DNA of 61,355 bases, the filler included, from Dugesia japonica (lineage: Eukaryota), in NCBI GenBank assembly GCA_001938525.1. It is 4 parts of 4 records of this genome, joined end to end, with 100 filler letters (N's around TTAATTAATTAA, not from the genome) between each part and the next. Parts side by side here need not be neighbours in the genome. Positions count along the whole stretch, not along the records: positions 46,326 to 61,355 come from MQRL01531295.1; 3 more parts are not named here. One strand, written 5' to 3'. The notes under the pieces are model-generated. The model saw only the letters and a program-made list of their open reading frames with translations, had not been told where the DNA came from and did not search any database. The translations under genes and the position numbers were made by a program. Shown here piece by piece: positions 52,422 through 61,355 of the stretch (positions are counted from its first letter, which is position 1; each line of letters opens with the position of its first letter).

Positions 52422-52535
52422 TACAGTCAAACATCTCTATAACGTCACTTTATCAAACCCAAAATGAATTTTCCAATTAAAATTTATCTTCCTATAACAT
52501 CACTAAGTTGCGGTCCCGATAGTTGACGTTATATA
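52422..52535. mobile_element. Short Tigger/pogo-like MITE remnant
   Basis: TA-CAGTCAAACATCTCTATAACGTCAC at left; TGACGTTATA inverted at right. Confidence 0.45.
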
Positions 52536-52679
52536 TATTTTAATTTTATTTTAGATTAATCAACATGAACACTTTTAACATGAAAATAAATACAGAACAC
52601 GTAACTTAAATGACTTCTATGCAAATAATATGAAAAATGAAATTATTATTAAAACAGTGTACAAATATTTAGACTCATA

Positions 52680-53700
52680 CTCTTAATCACTTGATTTTTA
52701 ATAACACGATACTTAATCACCGACATGATTGACATTTAATCACTGGACACTTAATTACCGATATTTAAACATAAAGACAATTAATCACTAACAAATAGAA
52801 TAAATTAAGCACCAATGCACATAATCATTTTATTAATTGATCATTATTAAATCTACGATATTAAGCCACAAATATTTAACTACGTGAACGCTAATTTATT
52901 GACATTGAAAAATTATCTGTAATTCATAATGTCAACTTTTTACTGAGTTCGTTGTTCTGGCTATTCCTTCAGAAGCAGTTTTATAATGATTCCAATTTTC
53001 TATTGGGAAGACCGCTTGGCCGTAATATTCAGTATGTCCTTGTTGCCTTCTGTCTTGAATATAAGTGTGTTCAAATTAGGACAGAAGCTTAGGCATCTTA
53101 TTGTGATCTGGCATGTTGTCATCTAATATCAGAAAAGCATTAATAACATCCGGTGAAGGAACATTAAAAGATAAGCAGTGAGCAGCTGTTCGTAAACAGT
53201 CATTACTTTCATAATCAACTTTCATGTCAATTTAATTTTCTTTGCGCTTCACAGTTTGCGTAAGATAAAAATAGCAGCCTATAACATTTGAAGTTGGAAA
53301 AGCAGCTCAAGGCACTTACTATGGTACTCTCAAAATCCAAGAGTATTTTGTCTAGTATAAATGGTCCGCCTGCCAACCATAGTTTAGCTCTTGATAATAC
53401 ATCCAATAGTTCGTTACTTCCCATTATCAAAGGCCAATCACTTCTATATCCTGAATTATATAAAATCATATTTAGAAATTCTTCTGGTATTTTGAATGTA
53501 ATATCTTTTGAAGACGGTAGATATGTAGATCCTGACAGACTGTATCGTTTGGTGTTTNNNNNNNNNNNNNNNNNNNNNNNNNNNNNNNNNNNNNNNNNNN
53601 NNNNNNNNNNNNNNNNNNNNNNNNNNNNNNNGAGACTCTGATTCAATCAAGTCATTGAAATTATTTGTTATTTGAAACTATTATTTAGTAATCACATGAA
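52680..53700 (-). mobile_element. Degenerate MULE (Mutator-like) transposase with ACTTAATCAC terminal repeats
   Basis: Minus strand: IMGSNELLDVLSRAKLWLAGG, ILLDFESTIVSAL, GCYFYL, FEHTYI, FPIENWN, RTTNSV. These are typical MULE DDE motifs (DGTF, DFE, GCxFH, RTNN). Confidence 0.8.
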
Positions 53701-53834
53701 GAAACTAATCAAATCATGTAGTAATCCCGTGAATATTTTAAGCAAACTTATTTCAATTATATATAATGCAAATAAATATTTTTATTATGATTGGTCTTTT
53801 AACTAATTTTGTGTATTATTATTATTATTACTAT

Positions 53835-54278
53835 TATGTTAATATTACTCGGGAAGCAGCTAATTATCCGAGAGAGAAGTTAATTGTCCAAGAAAGAGAA
53901 GCTAATGTTAATGTTAACATTTCCGGGAAAGCAACTAATATTAATATCACCAGGAGGGAAACTAACATCAATGTTGAGGGGGAATTCACTAAACTACTTA
54001 AAAATTATGGTTAATTTAAACAAAAATCTCCTTCCCGCCGATTTTCTGTGAAAAATCCATTTAAATAATTACGTTCACTTAATTTTAAAAAAAATCAAAT
54101 TATCAATCGTTTACATAACATTATATCAATGACGTCAGTGGTGCACATCATTTACGTAATAAAATTTAAATTTATATAACACTCTGCGTGCATTACAAAA
54201 TCGGTTAAACATAATCTGATTGGCTGGCGATGGTGATACAGGGGGTTTGTTACAGTCGGCTCCTATCTACCTACTCAT
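53835..54278 (-). mobile_element. Putative Polinton-like terminal fragment (subterminal repeats plus terminus)
   Basis: AATATT/CCGGG repeat array resembling 32235-32500, TGACGTCA and ATTGG boxes, ending CCTATCTACCTACTCAT. Confidence 0.5.
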
Positions 54279-55355
54279 TATTATTTCACATTTATTGTCA
54301 TTCTATAAATTACGAGCAGTTATATTTTTTCACAAAAAATTAAAAAACCATCGACTCTACAAGTCGGTGAAAATGAAATTTCATTTTCCATTAGAAATTT
54401 TTTTAAATTTGTGATTGAATTGCTATTTTGACTTAGCTATTGCTATTTTTATAATCTTGAAATTGTCCGATATTTATTGACAAATAAATGAATTCTAATT
54501 TTACAATACTGATAGATAAGCAACTCAAATTCAAATGTTCTCCGGAAGTGTCCAAGAGAAAAATTTTGTTAAATATTTGCTAATAAATAAATTAATAAAA
54601 ATCTGAAATAGCGTTAAATCCTTTGGATTTTAAACGAATATTTAAATGATTATGTCTACGCATGGAGATTATTTGGCAGTTTAAACCCCTTTTTGTTAAA
54701 TAATTAATTTAAGATAAATAACAATAATTCTTTAAATTTATAAAACTTAAAACCTAATAAATAGTTTAATAAATAAAAAAATTAATGAATGATGAATAAA
54801 TTTTAAGATATGACATGTGTTTCCATACATAATACAAACGATCATTTCTTGCATAAAACGAGAAAGATTTTAAAATATATTATTTAAACTGTACATTTCA
54901 TCGACATTTTATTCGGGTCTGCATTTCAACAAATCAAATACGTTTAAGACATTTAAGAAATTTCAACTCAGAGAAGGACAGATTAAAAAGTAGGACATGT
55001 CCGCATAATAGAGGACAGTTGGTCACCATACACTAAATTATTACAGAGTGTACACAAATGTAATTTTTGTCGGGCTACACCCAGATATTATTAGATATTT
55101 TAAAAATTCATTTCCATTTTATAAAAATATCTGTTAATAAAATACACCCAACTGTATTTTTACATGAATTTGAAGTTACACGGTCCAAGAAAAAGAACAA
55201 ACACTTTTTTTGCACGAGTTATTTGACCTAACACGAATCTCAAATACTTATATAATTAAAAAAAATTTTATGATATCGTCCGGAAATTAAAGTAGAAGGA
55301 ACGTGATTTGTTTTAAATCCAGGTTAGGTTAGTTATCAGATTCGTTATAAATAAA

Positions 55356-55960
55356 TACGGTCAATACCGCTCTATATAAGCAAGTTCTACATAAGTAACA
55401 GTTCGTATTTCCTAATTCTATATATAGATATTCCACTCTATTACAAGTCGTCATCTAAAAAGACATGGCAAGCGTGTTCATTATTTATAGAATGATATAA
55501 ACAAGTATCTGTTCCAACTAACTCAATATCTACAGTACAAATTCCTATTAGGGTGAATTTATTGGTCGATAACGCGACTTACATGACACTGAAAATATGT
55601 TCACTAAGCATGGGAGCTTTAAGGTGATGATTTTTTCACCAAAAAACACCATTTTATTTCAACTGTTGGACAAAGTGTAGTCAAATCATTGAAACAGGGC
55701 TACAGAAAGCACCTCCTTACTACACTGGCTGCTTTCAACAGATTCAATTGTCTACGCTTTGAAACGGATTAATTTAAAGGATGTAGTAGGTTTAACTAAT
55801 CAAGCATAGAATGAGATCCCACAATCATTTAGACATTTGTTTACATCAGATGAAGAGATTCAATTTAGTAAGCTAGCTGAGTACTCTATAGAAGAAAATA
55901 GCATTCAATCACTGGTTCAATTATACAATTTAGTCTTCAGAGGTATTACAGTTATAGCGA
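55356..55960 (+). pseudogene. pogo/Tigger (DDE_1) transposase remnant
   Basis: LVDNAT (about 55562), FFSPKNT..FQLLD, VVKSLKQGYRKHLL (DQG...LK..YRK motif). Confidence 0.7.
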
Positions 55961-56895
55961 GAATGAAATTATGGTAGATCGGTCACAGCTCAACTGAACC
56001 AATCTAAAACAAATAAATTGTTTATATATTGAGAAATTTTAGTTTATTTAAAAATTATCCAGCCGAGTTGCTTGAAGAGAACGGTTACTCTTTAATTTAA
56101 TATTATTTTAATTTACGTATTATTGGNACACAATGTTTAGTTCTGGATATTAAAAAGATAAAACTGGGATAAAACCCGATTTTTTACCAAGACTTTCAAG
56201 TTCTACTTCATATATTTTTCTATTTAAATTGATTTTTTGATATTATTATTATCAAGATAATGGTTATTATAAATTTTTATTAAAATTTTAATTAAAAGGC
56301 TAAATAACATACCCCAACGAATACCAATTGGAAGAGACGAAAATAAAATTAAAATATTAGACCGTCTTGAGAGAAGGGTTAGACATTTATAATGAAGAAA
56401 TTTTTGTTGTCATAAACATGCGCACCTAACATCAGGGAGTGGTTAATAGCGACTGAGTAAAATTTGCCATTTTGTCATTTAAATTTGCAATTTTAATATT
56501 AATAAACTGGGAATTTTCTGTTTGTCATCAATTTTATTTTCGTAATTTATAATTAAAATATGTATAATTTATTAATTCATTATTAGTGTTGTTCNNNNNN
56601 NNNNNNNNNNNNNNNNNNNNNNNNNNNNNNNNNNNNNNNNNNNNNNNNNNNNNNNNNNNNNNNNNNNNNNNNNNNNNNNNNNNNNNNNAAAAAAAATCTA
56701 TCTAAAATCTAAAAAAATTCTATATAGGTGTACATCCCTCACAAAACAATATCAAGAAATTATATTTTATAAAATTTATATTAAATAACAATTAAATTAA
56801 TATAATTTTATGTAATTAATTTTAATTTATATAATTTTTCTATAATAAAACATGAACCATCACATAATTTGTAAAGAAAAATTAAAATGAATTAC

Positions 56896-56916
56896 CTTCG
56901 TTTCCTGGCGGAAATC
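56896..56916 (-). CDS. Candidate 21-nt micro-exon of a minus-strand host gene
   Basis: tttataatttAG|GATTTCCGCCAGGAAACGAAG|GTaatt; GC-rich island with canonical splice sites, length a multiple of 3. Confidence 0.45.
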
Positions 56917-57329
56917 CTAAATTATAAATAGTTTCAATTATAAATATTCACATAAAAATAAAAACAATAAAACTTCCGCAATATAATTTTATTGTTAATC
57001 AAATGATCTATAGTACCAAAATCAATTTTACCAAACAGAATTAATTAATTATAGAAACAAAATTATAATTATTAGGCTAAACTAAATTTCAAAATAATAA
57101 ATATTAGAAGTTTTAAAAATTAGTATTCCTTTAAAAAAATTGATTTTTCCAATTGTTTTTATACAATTAATACCTTTNNATTGAACATCATAGGGCATGG
57201 ATGGCAAATAAGATTTTATCAATGTACCAAAATTTAAAAATATTAACATCAATTTTTCCGATTGCTAAAACCTCATGTTTTTATACAAAGTGCAACGATA
57301 TAATTTTCTTGTAATAAATACTAAGTGTA

Positions 57330-57715
57330 TATCATTAAAACAATAGTTTCGATCAAAATGTTGTTTTGTTTCNTTTTTTTTGGTAGATATTCGAATTTTC
57401 GACTATTATATTCTTCGAGAATATGAAGAAAATTCATAAAATAAAAGCTTCGATCAAAATTTGTTTTTTTGGTTTTTGATAATAACTCTATATTTCGACT
57501 TTGTTTTCGTCAGGAATTGACTTTTTGATTCATTCAATATTTATTTTACAATATTAATTTTCTTTGAATTAATTTGTTTTTTTTAAATTTCAATAGTCGA
57601 AAATTCGAATATCTACCAAAAAAGAAATAACAACATTTTGATCGAAGCTATTATTTTAATGAAATCTTAAATGCGATCAATGATTAAGTCCAACAATTAT
57701 TCCCACAATAATTGT
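57330..57715. mobile_element. Foldback/palindromic MITE-like repeat
   Basis: About 75-bp arms 57334-57407 and 57592-57662 are reverse complements; family fragments also at 47200-47320 and about 23840. Confidence 0.8.
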
Positions 57716-59032
57716 AATTGTAAAACCAGATGTATTGGTTAATCATGCAGATCTATATTCAAGGAAAACAAGATAAACATCAAAAGTTCTTTATTCAAAG
57801 AAACTTCCATCGCTAGCAACACATTTCATTATCTTTCAGTTAATTTGTGGATTCCGTGTCATTTAGAACATTTTCTGTTTTTTCCTCGATATTTTAATCG
57901 GTAATTTCGTTATAGCGAATTTCAAAATGTTACTTGATAGATGACGTTCGTCATGCAACAATTTCAGATCACAGGCTGCAACTCCTCTTATCTTCATGTT
58001 AAACAATGTCGTAAACAATGGTTAAAGTATTTACATAGATTCGTACATATTGAAANNNNNNNNNNNNNNNNNNNNNNNNNNNNNNNNNNNNNNNNNNNNN
58101 AATTGCTTGTATTTAAATTAAAACACAAACTTATTAGTAAATAATTAATTACAAGTAGAAAGAAAACTTTCTCAATTATTTTATTGTTTCTTTGTTTAAG
58201 AAAATTTTTGCAGGAAAATTTTCCGTCGTGCCATATAATAGTCAACCGTTAATTATGTCAACAATTTTCATGAACTTTTAAACCCTCTTCCAATCTTTTC
58301 AACAACTATCAGACTTTCACTAACCCCTTAATAAGATGTTTACCCCTAACGGAGAGTTTATATTGCTAAAATATCGCATATTCAAAATCGAACAAGATAG
58401 TTGATGGAAGCGCAGCCGGATTATATGAGATAGGTTTAATTTTCAAGCAAAGAGAAGAACAACGTGAAATACTGATTAAATTACATACTACGTATAATAT
58501 ACAATTCATTAAAAACCATGGAAAGACTAACTGGATTATTGATTAGAAAGAAAATTTCACAATACTTTAATATCAAAAATAGCGAATATCAATAATCTCC
58601 CACATACATTTTCATCAACGAAAAGAAACCCAGATCCGGAACGAGTATTATCAATTCGAGCGTGTAATACGAAATCATATGAGTTATTTGTGATTACAAG
58701 ATATGCTTATACCTTTCGCTATGAATAAATGATTTTCTATTTACCAATGCTTCGAATTGTTGTTCTGAATAAACTCATTACTCTATCAAAAAGTGAAAAT
58801 CATGCTCATTTTAAAATTTGTCAATCTCTTCATCTCTTGTAGTAGCTGTCACTATACATGAAAAGAAAACACACTTCCTGTATCTTGTTGTTCCACGAGA
58901 TGAGCTATTAGAAAGAAATTTGTATNNNNNNNNNNNNNNNNNNNNNNNNNGTCTTTCAGCCAGTAGCCATTGTATAAAAAAATTGATGTTATATATGTTG
59001 AGTGGTCGGCAAACAGTTATTTTGACGTCACA

Positions 59033-59235
59033 TTAACCCATTAACGCTTGATCGTAATGTAATCTTGCGTCTTTTTTCATAAACCATTTTATTATGAAAT
59101 ATTGCTTAAATAAATAGTAATTAAACATTATTTTCACCTGAAGTTTTATTTTAGGATGTCAATGGGTGAATTATTCCCTTAAAAAGAGAGCCTAAAAATA
59201 TATTTAAAAAATAAGCGTTATCGCAAATGGGTTAA
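59033..59235. mobile_element. Possible piggyBac-type MITE
   Basis: TTAA-CCCATT...AATGGG-TTAA ends. Confidence 0.45.
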
Positions 59236-59699
59236 ATTAAAATTCAAAAATTTGACGTCAACTGATTTCATTTTAATAAATTTGAATTTTTACATTTTCT
59301 TATATAATTAATAGTTTTGTAAGTAAATNAGTTTTAATAAGCAATCAATTCAAATTTTAATAAGGATGTGTTTCTTTAGTTCACATATTAAATTGAATCT
59401 TGGTTCGATGCTCGATAAACATAAAGAACATAAAATAAACATAAATTTGACACGGTACACCTGAGAAATCACCGTGGAACACAGTTTACCGACCACTGCA
59501 TTAGTAAAATAATAAAATTTACAAATGAAGTTTTCCAAATAAAAGAATTNTTTAATTATTAATTATTTTTNGAGTTCAAAATAATAAAATACTTTCACAA
59601 ATAAACATAATTTAAAATTATAAGATTATGAAAAAATTTAGTTTAAATTTCACAAAATAAAATACGTAATTTAAAAAATAATTAATGTAATAACACTTA

Positions 59700-60255
59700 C
59701 AAAATCTTTATATTTGCTTATATTTGTAATTTTTAATTCCAAAACTCCGGTTGGTCTTGCTGGGTCATTTTCAGAATAGAAATCATCTAGATCATCATAA
59801 TATCTTGAATCATCACTTTTATTAATCGAAGAATTTCTAGTTCTTTCATAATCATCATTAAAATCATCATTTTTATTGTTTGGATTATGTTGAAATAATT
59901 GCTTTTTCTTTTTCTTATCGTTTGCTACTTTTTCAGGGGAACTGTTTGTAATAACATTTCCATTTGTTACAGAATTTTTAGATTTATCAATTTTATCAAT
60001 AGGCATGACACTCTTTTTTATATTTATATCCTCACTATCATTATTTTTTTGTTCAGATTGAGAACGACGTATTGATTCTGTTTCTTCTCGTTCGGTTCCA
60101 GGCGACACATCAAATGAATGACGTGTGCCAGGAGTTAATTGATCCGAAATATCGCCTTTATTATTTATTTTAGTTTTATTTGAATTTTTAGCTTTCAATT
60201 CCGATGAACCTGTTGTAACTTTAGCGTGTTTGCTCGGTACTCGCCCAATATTTGC
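59700..60255 (-). CDS. Large exon of a host gene: low-complexity N/S/K/D-rich region ending at a possible MATH-domain start
   Basis: Long open frame (ANIGRVPSKH...DDLDDFYSENDPARPTGVLELKITNISKYKDF), strong phase-0 donor |GTAAGT at 59699. The final strand pattern resembles the first strand of MATH domains (USP7-like). 5' splice structure unresolved. Confidence 0.6.
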
Positions 60256-61355
60256 TTGTAAAATAAATTAAAAAATCAATAAATTATTTTAGCTAAAACG
60301 AAATTATATTAAATCCCTAGTTAAACTTTTAAAGAAAAAAATAACTTTCAATATAAAAATCCTTTAATTAAACAATTTAGTTTTCATTTAATTTATTTTT
60401 AAAATTTATGAAATCAATAAATAATTCACTAAAATAATTATAAATAATAAGTTTATATTTTGCAATTGAATCATTTAAACAAATTACATTTGAAAAGGAA
60501 TTTAAAAATGAAGAACCATAAAAGTATTTTATACATTTTTTATATTTATAATTTTAGCATATATTTAATTTATAATTTTTTGACTAACCATACAATTTGA
60601 TAAAACTTTTATAATTTATTTTTCTAGTTTCGTGAATTTNAAATATTTAAAAATACCAATTTTTCGTCAATTTGAAGTTTGAATTTTATCCATCAAACGT
60701 GAAATACATTAAACTAAAAATACTATACTAAAATATTTTTTTATTTACCATTGATGACGAGAAGTTAATTCTGCTTCACAGTTTGTGATATTATACAGCA
60801 TTTGACAAAAATAACTATTAAAGTTGACCAGATTTTCGTCAACTTCTGCTTTTAACTTATCCCTTACGATTAATTTTATTTCAAAAATAGCATTTTTAAT
60901 AGGATTCAATATTTAAAAATACAGAGAATGAAACTTAAATCCGAATTCATATTGACTTGTTATTTGTAAGAGATCTGGCTTTTCAAAAAAATTTGCATTA
61001 ACTTTTAAAAGAGTTGCTGCATGGGATTCTTTCAGAATTTCATAACCTATGTCACAATTGGAGTTTAGATTTTCTTGAAATTTGTCGATAACATGTGACT
61101 GAAGGTGATATCAGTGAAGGAATCTTGTTCTTAGCCTTGTGATTTTAGATAACTTTAAAGTTGCTACAACTTAAATGAACTATACTGAAGGATTTTCAAA
61201 ACAATTCGGAAGCTTCATTGTGACATGATAGTTTTCCGATATTTCGCTATGTACCGAATTACAATACATAATAATTAATCAAGAAAATCAACAGTGACCT
61301 TTTGATTAAATCGACAAAATTGTATTGCAAACAAACAGTTAAAACAAATTGTTGT

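Noticed and set aside
53288-53641. Plus-strand 117-aa ORF (similarly 30607-30870, 38329-38583 and 44007-44504)
   Set aside because: Antisense shadows of transposase, Gypsy or viral ORFs on the opposite strand.
57750-59020. Coding-like gapped segments
   Set aside because: Probably TE remnants, but no family could be supported.

Overview
Very AT-rich eukaryotic (invertebrate animal-like) genomic DNA from a gapped draft assembly, with many N runs and three artificial N-TTAATTAATTAA-N linkers. Host genes: a spliced + strand AP1AR/Gadkin-like gene (exons about 4839-13892), a - strand secreted PAN/C-type-lectin-like gene (about 15914-16430) and a partly resolved - strand multi-exon gene at the right end. 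Most of the rest is decayed mobile DNA: four mariner copies, hAT, piggyBac, MULE and pogo remnants, a non-LTR RT remnant, an LTR gag-pro remnant and several MITEs. The most interesting part is 31.1-46.2 kb, a dense cluster of Polinton/Maverick/adintovirus-like remnants. It holds a major-capsid C-terminus followed by an adenain-type protease (both missed by the ORF track), a protein-primed PolB present as two oppositely oriented halves, and a near-intact second double-jelly-roll capsid gene of a different type. Between them lies a Ty3/Gypsy pol followed, in the env position, by a degenerate ORF with a signal-peptide-like segment and tandem fibronectin-III-like repeats. All family assignments come from motif recognition by eye; no database searches were run.
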